A DNA stretch of 64,000 nucleotides. It comes from Candidatus Poseidoniales archaeon. Its GTDB lineage: Archaea; Thermoplasmatota; Poseidoniia; Poseidoniales; Poseidoniaceae. Where the stretch lies: the NCBI GenBank assembly GCA_038110525.1, contig JAYNJV010000001.1, forward strand, positions 126,130-190,129, given 5' to 3'. Positions 27,012-36,035 of this stretch are shown one piece after another. A program made the translations under genes and the position numbers. The notes beneath the pieces are model-generated. The model was not told the DNA's origin. It saw only the letters and a program-made list of their open reading frames with translations, and searched no databases. The first letter of the stretch is position 1. Every line of letters begins with the position of its first letter.

Positions 27012-28064
27012 ATGGCTGATTATACTCTTCTTATTCTCTATTGCAGTTTGGCACTTGGAGTGTCATTCTTATGCTCTATTTTAGAAGCTGTAACATTATC
27101 CTTACCTCAAACTTATGTCGTATCTTTGGAAAAGAATGCCACACGAAGTGGAAAACTCTGGTCAAAACTGAAATCTGACGACGCAGTAGGGCCACTTACC
27201 GCAATTCTCACCCTCAATACCATAGCGCATACGATGGGAGCTGCTGGAGTTGGAAGTCAAATTCAAACAATTTACGGTGAAGAAATGTTGACCTTTGGGT
27301 CAATTATTTTGACAATTGCAGTACTGTTTTTATCAGAAATTATTCCGAAGACATTGGGTTCGGCGTATTGGAAGCAATTAGCACTGCCATCCGCTTACGT
27401 ATTATTGTGGCTCACTCGATTCATGTTTGTTCTCATTGCTCCGATTCAAATTATGAAATCTTTATTTCCTCAAGGCAAAAAGAATACCGTTACAAGAGAT
27501 GACGTTGCAGCAATTGCCGATATTGGTGAAGAAGAAGGAATTCTCGACCCAGATGAAGAACGAGTCATCCATAATTTATTGCAACTCAGGGATATCAAAG
27601 TCGAGACGATTATGACTCCAAGGGTTGTTGTGTATGGACTCGAAATTGATTCAAATGTAAAAGATGTTTTAGAAGAAAATTCCATTATTCGGTTTTCACG
27701 CATACCTGTGTATAATGAATCGCTCGATGATATACAAGGCATTGTGATACGTTCCGAATTACTCATGTCTGCAGGCCGTGGAGAATGGGAAAACACGATG
27801 ACAGACCTAATGAAGCCCCATTTGACCGTTCAACTCGATTCAACTGCAGAAAATGTGCTGGATTTATTTCTTGAAGAAAAGCAACAATTCGCTATTGTTC
27901 AGGATGAATTCGGGGGAACCTCTGGAATTGTCACCATGGAAGATGTCATTGAAACTCTGCTCGGAAAAGAGATTATGGATGAATTAGATGAGGTTGAAGA
28001 TATGCGAGAACTTGCTCGAACGACCTTGGCTAATGGCTCAGTTGACAACAGCTCTGAAGAATAA
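27012..28064 (+). CDS. CNNM/CorC-family (DUF21 plus CBS pair) membrane protein, likely Mg2+/Co2+ transport
   Basis: SFLCSILEA, ILTLNTIAH, SEIIPK, IMTPR, FSRIPVY, DEFGGTSGIVTMEDVIE. Confidence 0.92.
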   Translation: MADYTLLILYCSLALGVSFLCSILEAVTLSLPQTYVVSLEKNATRSGKLWSKLKSDDAVGPLTAILTLNTIAHTMGAAGVGSQIQTIYGEEMLTFGSIILTIAVLFLSEIIPKTLGSAYWKQLALPSAYVLLWLTRFMFVLIAPIQIMKSLFPQGKKNTVTRDDVAAIADIGEEEGILDPDEERVIHNLLQLRDIKVETIMTPRVVVYGLEIDSNVKDVLEENSIIRFSRIPVYNESLDDIQGIVIRSELLMSAGRGEWENTMTDLMKPHLTVQLDSTAENVLDLFLEEKQQFAIVQDEFGGTSGIVTMEDVIETLLGKEIMDELDEVEDMRELARTTLANGSVDNSSEE

Positions 28065-29060
28065 TCAACAAAGTTTGAGTTTCTTGAGATAATTCTGAAT
28101 GAGTGTCGATCGCTCAATATTATCATCTCCGCCTGAATGCGAGAGTGAGGATATCAAATGGCTCTCGGCATCTACCGAAGGTGATCTTTTCAATTCAATC
28201 AATAAATCATTGTAATGGAGTCGGCCAAGTTGAGTGTCTGTTTCTGCTTGTACAACCAAAACTGGGCAAATTGGCATGCCCCACATTGGAATATCTGCCT
28301 CTTGAATTGAGTTGAAGTCTGCAGACACCGTATGTAATCGGTTGACCGTCGAAAAGATTCTACGAGTTAAAACAGGCTGCAAAAATTTTGGGACACTCAA
28401 ATATCGATATGTTCTCTCTAAAATGTATGAATATTTTGTCATAGGAGATTCCAAAATAAGTGCTTCCAAATTCATATTGTTTAGCCACTCATTTTTTCTT
28501 TTACACAATCGAATTGTGATGAATGCTCCAATACTATGTCCATAAATGACCAATTGTTTATTTCTTTGAGAAGCATCTATCGATTTTAAAATTTCAATAA
28601 TGCATGTTGTCGAAAACTCAGCACTCCATTTCTTGACTGCATCCGACCCACCGTGATTTGGTAAATCAGCAGCACAAATTGACCAATCAAGGTCTAGAAA
28701 TTGCTGAATTCTATTGGTCATTCGACCTGAGCTGGACCTCCACCCATGCAAAAAAAAGATGAGTGGTTTGTCTTTGTGCCCCTGCCTTATATGATATTGA
28801 ATATTGTATGAGTTAACATTGATGATTTGACTTTCCCATCCACTTAATTGCAATGATTGTTTTCGGAACTTTTCTGGACGTTGAAAAATGAAATATTCTA
28901 ATATGTCAAAGTATAGTCTTACAAAAAATAGCCCTATAAAAAACCAAGCCATTTGATGGAAATTTAACTGGAAAACTGCATAGGATGAGCCACATAATAA
29001 GATGAGATCGAAAAAAATATCTCCATAAACTCGATTAGGAAACAAAGAACGAAGTATCAT
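28065..29060 (-). CDS. Membrane-anchored alpha/beta hydrolase
   Basis: N-terminal hydrophobic segments; FFLHGW, DLPNHGGS, GHSIG nucleophile elbow, D and H candidates near the C-terminus. Confidence 0.85.
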   Translation of the reverse strand: MILRSLFPNRVYGDIFFDLILLCGSSYAVFQLNFHQMAWFFIGLFFVRLYFDILEYFIFQRPEKFRKQSLQLSGWESQIINVNSYNIQYHIRQGHKDKPLIFFLHGWRSSSGRMTNRIQQFLDLDWSICAADLPNHGGSDAVKKWSAEFSTTCIIEILKSIDASQRNKQLVIYGHSIGAFITIRLCKRKNEWLNNMNLEALILESPMTKYSYILERTYRYLSVPKFLQPVLTRRIFSTVNRLHTVSADFNSIQEADIPMWGMPICPVLVVQAETDTQLGRLHYNDLLIELKRSPSVDAESHLISSLSHSGGDDNIERSTLIQNYLKKLKLC

Positions 29061-29081
29061 TCTCGTTCAACACTTGACAAA

Positions 29082-29945
29082 TCATTCTTTATTTTCTTCT
29101 TCAGAAGGGTCATCTTCAGAAGCCTTTTCTAATTTCTTTTGCTTCTTATCTTCTTGCCTTTGTATGAGTTTGTCTCCAAAACTACCCATGTTTTCCAATC
29201 GGGCAAAAATACCAGTTGCTTTGTCAGTCTCTGCAGGGATAAATTTGACTTCGTAGGCTCCAAACATCAAATCGAACATGCCTTGATTCAATTCACTGCC
29301 ATTTCGGATGTATCGGTTGATGAACCACGTAAGGACAAAAATAGTTCCAACAATGGTAAAAATCAATGCATTTGAATTGTCGTCGTCACCAATTTGTGAA
29401 ACCTGAGTGATAATGAGCCAGAATCCGATCAATGAGAATATTCCTACTGTGTTGACCAAGATGCCATGCAAGAAGAACGGGTTAGAACCATCGCCTTTGA
29501 CATACTTCGTTTTAGAGGTAAATTGGCCTAAGTTTCTGCTAAACTTCATGGGGATAACAAAGATATTGAGGAACAAAACGATAATTGCAGCTCCAAATAA
29601 ATAGGTATAAATTCCGATACCTGAACTACCACCGGTCAGGATATTCATGACAATCCCTGCTATAAGGAATCCGAAATTTACAATGAAATTAATCAGCCAA
29701 TTGATACGTCGATTCATATCACTTGCGAGTTCAAATTCCGATGAAAGCCCCTTTGGTCTTGCTTTTGGTTGTGATGCCTTTTGTTTCTTGGCTTCTTTCT
29801 TTGTTGGTGCTGGTGCCACTTCCGCAACTGGTGCTGCGACAGGTGTGGCAGCTACCTCTTTGGTTTTTGGCTCAAAGACTTTTTTTGCTGGTTGGACGGT
29901 TTCCTTTGATTCATTCACTTTGTCAAGTAATCCCATATTTTTCAC
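29082..29945 (-). CDS. Hypothetical membrane protein (4 TM, RDD-like)
   Basis: Charged N-terminus then four hydrophobic segments; ELASDMNRRINWLINF resembles the RDD N-terminal motif; GTG start overlaps the stop of the upstream Pro-rich gene. Confidence 0.75.
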   Translation of the reverse strand: MKNMGLLDKVNESKETVQPAKKVFEPKTKEVAATPVAAPVAEVAPAPTKKEAKKQKASQPKARPKGLSSEFELASDMNRRINWLINFIVNFGFLIAGIVMNILTGGSSGIGIYTYLFGAAIIVLFLNIFVIPMKFSRNLGQFTSKTKYVKGDGSNPFFLHGILVNTVGIFSLIGFWLIITQVSQIGDDDNSNALIFTIVGTIFVLTWFINRYIRNGSELNQGMFDLMFGAYEVKFIPAETDKATGIFARLENMGSFGDKLIQRQEDKKQKKLEKASEDDPSEEENKE

Positions 29946-30985
29946 CTCGAGTATTTTATGACCACTTCTTTGTATATTTCAAAATCAGAAGATTGGGTAA
30001 ATGCGCCTAAATCTGATTCTCCAATGTTTTCAAGCAGTTTGTCTATCATTGAAACAAATTCTGAACGCTGTGCGTTCGTCGTTTCAGAAAAGTTTTGACC
30101 AATCAACATGTAAAGGCCAAAATCTTCGCTTTCAATGAATGACTGAGCAATGTGTTCAGGAAGTGAAGATTCGAGCAATGAGTCGACAATAGAAAAGAAT
30201 TGCAAGAATACCTGGTCGTCTTCATCATTGCTGGGTTTTGCGACCGTCGGTTCCATCATTGCCTTTCGTTGTTGAAGCAAGTTCTGTAATGTTGCTTTCA
30301 ATTGCTGTTCATCATCGCTTTGCCCATTTTCTTTAGCTCTTTGATAAAGCGGCTTCAGCCTACGAATTTCTTGTTCGATATCTTCGAGTGATAATAATTC
30401 GGAATCATTTTCAAGTTGGCCTTCTTCTTCAAGCAGAGTTACTGTAGGTGCTTCACGGATAACAGCTACTTTCTTTTCGTGTTCATTTTTTCTCAAAACG
30501 ATAATCTCTCTGTCGAGCGAATGGCCAAATCTATCAGCGTATCGATCAAGCAAGGAGCCTGCATCGGCATTACTGATTCGGTCGATATGTCCATAGATTT
30601 GTTGGAGGGGCTTTTCAGAACGTTTTGCCCATAATTTTTGATAATCATTTGAAGTTTCAACGGGTTCAGCAACTGCAGGTGAAGGAGTAACAGGTGCTGG
30701 AAGTGGCGCTGGCAATGGAGTTGTTGCTTCGGGCACTGGGACAGGTGGCAGAACAGGTTCTGGAACTGGTGCCGCTGGTGCAGGTTCAGGAGGTAACGCT
30801 GCTGGTGGAACAATTGGCGCAGGAACATTTGATTGAGGCAGAGGAGGCATTGGAGGCATTGTTACTCCTGGAACTGGTTGAAGTGGTGGAGCAGGCATTC
30901 CCGGAGCTGGAGGCATAGGAGGCATAGGCATGCCAGGAGCAGGTGGGAGAACAGGGTTTGATTTTGACTTGTCTTTACGTGACAA
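29942..30985 (-). CDS. Proline-rich hypothetical protein with central conserved block, coiled coil and helical C-terminal domain
   Basis: TTG start at 30985 preceded by AGGTGGT; about 95 residues of P/A/M/V-rich sequence then YQKLWAKRSEKPLQQIYGHIDRI. Confidence 0.8.
   Translation of the reverse strand: MSRKDKSKSNPVLPPAPGMPMPPMPPAPGMPAPPLQPVPGVTMPPMPPLPQSNVPAPIVPPAALPPEPAPAAPVPEPVLPPVPVPEATTPLPAPLPAPVTPSPAVAEPVETSNDYQKLWAKRSEKPLQQIYGHIDRISNADAGSLLDRYADRFGHSLDREIIVLRKNEHEKKVAVIREAPTVTLLEEEGQLENDSELLSLEDIEQEIRRLKPLYQRAKENGQSDDEQQLKATLQNLLQQRKAMMEPTVAKPSNDEDDQVFLQFFSIVDSLLESSLPEHIAQSFIESEDFGLYMLIGQNFSETTNAQRSEFVSMIDKLLENIGESDLGAFTQSSDFEIYKEVVIKYSR
30690..30960 (-). repeat. Pro-rich low-complexity repeats (PPAPGMP, PAP, PVP)
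   Basis: PPAPGMPMPPMPPAPGMPAPP...PAPLPAPVTPSP in the translation. Boundaries approximate. Confidence 0.8.
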
Positions 30986-31067
30986 AAATGACCACCTAAA
31001 GCGTAGGAACAGCCCTCTACCCTTGAACCTTACCACGAAATGATGTGAATTCTTGGTAAAAAAATCC

Positions 31068-32288
31068 TTAATTTAACTGCTGAGCCCAACCTTTTAACAC
31101 AAGAAATGTAGCACCTGATTCACTCGTTTCAATCACATCCCCCCGAGTTGCATCAATGAATTGTGAACCAATTTTTGCCCGAATATCTTCTTTTATAATT
31201 TCAACTCGTTGTGTTTGCTCCATTCCAAATACATAGCATTCATCGAGCGGATGAAAACGATTTGAACTATCTGGGTCCAATTGAGAGAGGGGGAATTCGG
31301 TGACTCGCATTCCTGATTTGCCATGCAATGAAGAAGGCCAACGAATCTGCCTTCGAACATCAATTGTGACGACTTCATCTGTTTCTCCAGCATTTCCCAA
31401 AACAATCGATTTGTCAGAACGAAGAAGATTAAGGAATAGTTCTTGGTACTGTCCAAGAACTTCAAACTTTGACTCTTCCTTCAATCTACGAATCTTTTCT
31501 GGATGATTCATCAGTTGGGCTAATTTTCGAATCGAATTTGCTGTACGTTGGGATTGAAGAGGTTCCCTTTCATGCATTGCCTTTAGACCTGCTTCCAGAC
31601 GCTTAAGTTCCCTTGATGCATGTTCAACTTGGTTGTCGATATCAACGAGAGAATCAACAAGGTCACCCATTCCATTCTTTAGACGTCGTGTCCAACCTTT
31701 TGCATCACGCTGAGTAAACCTGGCCAATGCACCAGCAACATCAACTCCTTCTCCCCGAATGTGGGAAACCATTTCTCTTCTTGCTTCGGAGTCGATGTGG
31801 TGAAATGATGGGTCCCGGTAATGAAGGTGAAAACCTCTGTGGCCAGAAAATGTTACTTGAAGAAACTCTTCAGAAAAACCGAATTCTGGCTGTAAAAAAT
31901 CATTCCAAAGTGACCAGGCTTGCTCTTGAATGACATCGATCATCGCCGGAAAATCATTGTCGGATATTCCTGGCAAATGATCTCCATCCAAATCAAAAAT
32001 TAAATCTGCACCTTGCCATTCCTTGTCAATCATTTTCGTCTCATTGGGCTTATTCCAATATGCAGTTGAATAGAAGCACGAATGCATAGTTTTCGTCGAA
32101 ACAAATTGCCTCACATCCTGAATTCGATGGAAACCTATGTGGCGTAAAGGGGGTGCACCACCAAACGGAATGAACATCCATTCACGTTGTTCGATTCGTG
32201 GAGGTGTCCAAAGTCTTGAATGCTGATAGTATTGTTGAAACTTGCGGGCAAAGTGTGCCCAACCTGTCAGCATGGTCATTGCTAACAT
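31068..32288 (-). CDS. priS: DNA primase small (catalytic) subunit
   Basis: REWMF, FYSTAYW, ADLIFDLDGDHL (DxD), FSGHRGFHLH, DEVVTIDVRRQIRWPSSLHGKSG. Confidence 0.93.
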   Translation of the reverse strand: MLAMTMLTGWAHFARKFQQYYQHSRLWTPPRIEQREWMFIPFGGAPPLRHIGFHRIQDVRQFVSTKTMHSCFYSTAYWNKPNETKMIDKEWQGADLIFDLDGDHLPGISDNDFPAMIDVIQEQAWSLWNDFLQPEFGFSEEFLQVTFSGHRGFHLHYRDPSFHHIDSEARREMVSHIRGEGVDVAGALARFTQRDAKGWTRRLKNGMGDLVDSLVDIDNQVEHASRELKRLEAGLKAMHEREPLQSQRTANSIRKLAQLMNHPEKIRRLKEESKFEVLGQYQELFLNLLRSDKSIVLGNAGETDEVVTIDVRRQIRWPSSLHGKSGMRVTEFPLSQLDPDSSNRFHPLDECYVFGMEQTQRVEIIKEDIRAKIGSQFIDATRGDVIETSESGATFLVLKGWAQQLN

Positions 32289-32314
32289 TGAGGGATTAGA
32301 GTCTTTTTGAATGC

Positions 32315-32521
32315 TTATTCTTTCATCCAGAATCGTTGTTCGGATTCAGAAACTACTGAAGATGAATCTGCCCCAGTCCGTTCAACATAATGTTCCCAAC
32401 AGAGGTAAATATTTTCGAAAACCATTGCATTGCCGAACGTCATACGTACTCCACAAGCGTCACATCTTGGTCCTATCTCCCCGTTAGGAGCCTGTGCTAA
32501 CTGGATGTGTTCATGGGGCAT
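32315..32521 (-). CDS. Small CxxC...CxxH zinc-finger protein (68 aa)
   Basis: RCDACG and YLCWEHY; GAGG upstream of the ATG; sits in the co-oriented cluster between the DOHH-like gene and priS. Confidence 0.75.
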   Translation of the reverse strand: MPHEHIQLAQAPNGEIGPRCDACGVRMTFGNAMVFENIYLCWEHYVERTGADSSSVVSESEQRFWMKE

Positions 32522-32574
32522 GTAGATTCCTCAATTTTGCCGAAAGCGAACGATTTATTGAACTTGAGGGTTGA

Positions 32575-33054
32575 TTATTCTGAAAAGTCTTCGAATTCAG
32601 CCGATTGAACCCAGTGCAGCAAATCAAGTGCGACGATACATGACTCTGCAATTTCAGGCTTAGGGTGATTCTTGAATTCTTCAAGTATGTTGATAATTGA
32701 TCTATCGCCGATGGCCCCCATTGCTTCGGCAGCCTCATGTCGAACCATCACATGTTCTTCCTCGTCCGAAAGTACTTCTATCAACTTGGGTAAGACCACA
32801 TTGTTTTGCATTTGACCAAGTACATATGCAATTTCATGTCTTAACAAAGCACTAGAACAATGAAATCCTTCACAAAGAGCAAGGGCAGCCTCATCTGAAC
32901 GAATATTACGTAAGGCAAATACTGCCCTCATTCGCTGAAACATTGGTATGTCGTTGTTCAATACATCATTTTTGTATGTGGAAATTTGACCTCCAAGTTG
33001 TGGAGGTGCGGGGTCAACACTTCCAAATTCACTCGCGGGAGGTTTCTTTTCCAT
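32575..33054 (-). CDS. HEAT-repeat protein equivalent to one half of deoxyhypusine hydroxylase (DOHH)
   Basis: SVDPAPP; FQRMRAVFALRN; EAALALCEGFHCSSALLRHEIAYVLGQMQ; MVRHEAAEAMGAIG; ESCIVALD. Start at ATG 33054, 4 nt after the mqnD stop. Confidence 0.88.
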   Translation of the reverse strand: MEKKPPASEFGSVDPAPPQLGGQISTYKNDVLNNDIPMFQRMRAVFALRNIRSDEAALALCEGFHCSSALLRHEIAYVLGQMQNNVVLPKLIEVLSDEEEHVMVRHEAAEAMGAIGDRSIINILEEFKNHPKPEIAESCIVALDLLHWVQSAEFEDFSE

Positions 33055-33058
33055 CTTC

Positions 33059-33937
33059 TCATGCTCCGATAAAGTCAATCGTGTTTGGGTCAAAATCATT
33101 GCGAATTAGCCCGAGTGCTTGCCCATCTGTGAGAAACTTTCGAATCGAAGAACGTCCATCATCCTGATAGTCAATCGTTCGTTCATTGACATACATCTGA
33201 ACAAAGGTTCGATTCGTATCATCATCAATACCTCTGCCCCATTGTTTGGCAAATTCTAATGCGGCTTTGGGATTAGATATGGCATATTCTATACTCATTT
33301 TGGTGTACTTTGTGACATCTTCCATGACAGATTGCCCTAAATCTCTTCTCACGACATTTCCACCAAGTGGCATTGGCCAACCATTGTTGGTGGAATTCCA
33401 CCATTTTCCAACATCGAGCAAAACGTCAAGCTCGTGATTTTTGTAAGTCAGTTGTCCTTCATGAATGATTAAACCAGAGGTTACTCGGCCATCTAAGATG
33501 TGGTCAATAATTTCATCAAATGGAACAACAACATAATCAAAATTTCCCCAAGCAAGACGAAGTCCGAGGAAAGCACTTGTTTTTGTTCCTGGTATGGCAA
33601 TAGGGTTCTTCTTTGCTTCTTCTTCAGTGGTACCCGTTTTTGCAACAATCATGGGTCCATATCCTTCACCCATAGATGCACCACAATTCATCAGAGCGTA
33701 ATCATCGGCAATTTCGGGATAAGCGTGTATTGAAACTGCGGATACTTCCAATTCTTTGTTCATGGCCCGATGATTTAATGTCTCAATATCTTGCAATTCA
33801 TGGACAAAGACATAACCTGGGGTAGGAAATGCTTGCGTTGTCATTGCATGGAACATAAAAGCGTCATCTGGATCTGGACTGTGGCCTATTCGAATTATCT
33901 TGTTTCCTTGTTCATCGGTGGGCAATTGTGCGTGCAT
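33059..33937 (-). CDS. mqnD: 1,4-dihydroxy-6-naphthoate synthase MqnD
   Basis: GHSPDPDDAFMF, DIETLN, GASMGEGYGP, AIPGTKTSA, GLIIHEGQLTY, PMPLGGN, FVQMYVN. Confidence 0.93.
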   Translation of the reverse strand: MHAQLPTDEQGNKIIRIGHSPDPDDAFMFHAMTTQAFPTPGYVFVHELQDIETLNHRAMNKELEVSAVSIHAYPEIADDYALMNCGASMGEGYGPMIVAKTGTTEEEAKKNPIAIPGTKTSAFLGLRLAWGNFDYVVVPFDEIIDHILDGRVTSGLIIHEGQLTYKNHELDVLLDVGKWWNSTNNGWPMPLGGNVVRRDLGQSVMEDVTKYTKMSIEYAISNPKAALEFAKQWGRGIDDDTNRTFVQMYVNERTIDYQDDGRSSIRKFLTDGQALGLIRNDFDPNTIDFIGA

Positions 33938-33949
33938 GTTATCTTCTCC

Positions 33950-34774
33950 TTACATTGTTTGCTCAACAAGATGTTTCTTGGTTTGAAACATCATGAATTC
34001 AGCGTTACTACCTTGTCCAAAGATTGTGTTCAAAAACTCATTCAATCCAAAGATATGTTCTTCGTCAAGTCGGTTGAAAACTTCACCAAAATAACGCTGC
34101 AACCGTTCAATGGTCAAATGTGATTTCATCGCAGATGTATGTACGACCATTTCGCGAATGTTTATTGAATTTTCAAAGTCTTCTAGATTCTTCAAAAGGA
34201 GGTGATGTGCTTGTTCAATATCGCTCATTGGCGTGTCTTTTCTCGCAGCGAAGACGCCAAAAACCATTGGAAGCGAAGTGTGTTCAAACCATTCTTGGCC
34301 TAAATCGAAGACTACAGAATGCACGCCTTCCTTTGTTGCTTGAAGAGCACGGTCCCCGATGAGTAATGCAGCATCGCATGTTTCCAACATTGCATCAATA
34401 TCTGGGCCCATTTCAAAATAATCAACATCGACTCCCTTTAACTTTAGAATATGTTTGCACAAAACAATGGATGTCGCGGAATCAGAAGGTAATGCAACAG
34501 TCTTGATTTCAGAAAGAGTTTTGTTGCTAAACAGTAAAACACTGCCAACTTCTCCCTTTGAGCATATGCCAATGTCTGGAATGAGAATTAATTCATCTCG
34601 ATGCTTTGCGTAATCAGCCGCTGGAATCGGGGCTACAATACAATCTCTTCGTAAGATGTGCCCCGTAAGCCATGAGGGTGGTGCTGCCAATACGTTCCAA
34701 TTGTTTGGAATTGAATGAAATAATGGCTCGCAATTGAGGAATGCAACCCTACCAATTGTATTTTTCCAACTCAT
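33950..34774 (-). CDS. mqnA: Chorismate dehydratase MqnA
   Basis: GRVAFLNCEP, GEVGSVLLF, SATSIVL, AALLIGDRAL, DLGQEW, LPMVFGVF; start at ATG 34774 just after the upstream stop. Confidence 0.9.
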   Translation of the reverse strand: MSWKNTIGRVAFLNCEPLFHSIPNNWNVLAAPPSWLTGHILRRDCIVAPIPAADYAKHRDELILIPDIGICSKGEVGSVLLFSNKTLSEIKTVALPSDSATSIVLCKHILKLKGVDVDYFEMGPDIDAMLETCDAALLIGDRALQATKEGVHSVVFDLGQEWFEHTSLPMVFGVFAARKDTPMSDIEQAHHLLLKNLEDFENSINIREMVVHTSAMKSHLTIERLQRYFGEVFNRLDEEHIFGLNEFLNTIFGQGSNAEFMMFQTKKHLVEQTM

Positions 34775-34778
34775 TCTT

Positions 34779-35987
34779 TCACCCCTGAACAACTGGTAAT
34801 TGTATTCTTCGAGGAATCTCTGGCCTGATGAATGGCTGTGCTCTATCGTATGTTGTATTTCTTCGTACGGGGATAGAATCTGAATTTTCAATCAATTTTG
34901 CCAACATGGTATTGTCCAGTTCCAAGAGCGCATTCGAACCCGCAGAATGCATAATGGATTCCTTTTGAACAATTCCATCGATATCATCAGCACCGTATTG
35001 GAGTGCCAATTCTGCAAGATGATCGCCAATATTCATTCTGTAAGCTTTGATGTGAGGTACATTCGTCATCATAATTCTCGATATACTAATCATTCTAAGT
35101 ATTTCTTGACCCGTAGCGAGTTGTGCCTCTGGAAGACGAGTATTATCTTGAAGGAAGGGGTATGGTACAAAGCACTGGAAACCATTGGTATCACTTTGTA
35201 AGTTTCTCAATTGAAGAAGATGTTGAATTCTTTGTTCAGGAGTTTCAATTGTTCCAAAGAGCATGGTACAATTGGTCGGTATGCCCAATTTATGGGCCTC
35301 CCGATGGATGTCCAAATATTCCTTTGAACTCTCTTTACCATTGCAAATGATTGCCCTTACCTCATCATTGAGAATTTCTGCTCCACCACCTGGTAAAGAT
35401 GTTAATCCCGAATTCTTTAGACGTTTTAAGACTTCAGCAACTGAAATATTTGATTGTTGAGAAAGATGTTTAATTTCAACTGCTGAAAGTGATTTAATTG
35501 AAATGTGAGGGAATTTCTTTTTGACTGTAGTAAATAATTCTTCGTAGTACTCAATTGTCCAATCAGGGTGGAGGCCTCCGACTGTGTGAACTTCATCTAC
35601 GACGTCTTTGTAAGTTTCAAGTTCGTTCACAAAGTCTTCGACTGAATATTCATACGCGTCTTTCGATTTAGGCCCTCTCCTAAATGCACAAAATTTGCAT
35701 GCCAAGACACAAACGTTCGTTTGATTGATGTGGACATTCGAATTAAAGAACACATTCTTGCCATACATTGCATGTTTCACACCGTACGCAATTGCCCCTA
35801 TTTGTGACAATGAAGGGTGGTGAAATAATAATACACCATCGTTTTCATTTAATTCATTTCCATCAATTATTTTTTGAATAATCGTATGCAATTCTTCATC
35901 GAATTGAAGTGTCGATATATTCTGTGAGAAAATGCCACGCCACTCAGGATGGGGGCTCGCCAATGGTGAAATTGGCAATTCTTCCAT
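34779..35987 (-). CDS. mqnE: Radical SAM enzyme of the CofH/MqnC/MqnE family, most likely aminofutalosine synthase MqnE
   Basis: TNVCVLACKFCAF, GGLHPDW, IKSLSAVEI, SLPGGGAEI, HIKAY, LQYGADDIDG; context with mqnA and mqnD. MqnC cannot be fully excluded. Confidence 0.8.
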   Translation of the reverse strand: MEELPISPLASPHPEWRGIFSQNISTLQFDEELHTIIQKIIDGNELNENDGVLLFHHPSLSQIGAIAYGVKHAMYGKNVFFNSNVHINQTNVCVLACKFCAFRRGPKSKDAYEYSVEDFVNELETYKDVVDEVHTVGGLHPDWTIEYYEELFTTVKKKFPHISIKSLSAVEIKHLSQQSNISVAEVLKRLKNSGLTSLPGGGAEILNDEVRAIICNGKESSKEYLDIHREAHKLGIPTNCTMLFGTIETPEQRIQHLLQLRNLQSDTNGFQCFVPYPFLQDNTRLPEAQLATGQEILRMISISRIMMTNVPHIKAYRMNIGDHLAELALQYGADDIDGIVQKESIMHSAGSNALLELDNTMLAKLIENSDSIPVRRNTTYDRAQPFIRPEIPRRIQLPVVQG

Positions 35988-36035
35988 ATGTTTTCCTAAA
36001 TGCGTATCATTTTAGAATCTGTGCATAAGACCATG

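Noticed and set aside
32575-33099. DOHH-like gene as a frameshifted or truncated remnant of a full two-domain DOHH
   Set aside because: The upstream sequence is fully occupied by intact mqnD; the 15 extra codons of the long ORF call overlap mqnD, and the gene has its own ATG 4 nt after the mqnD stop.
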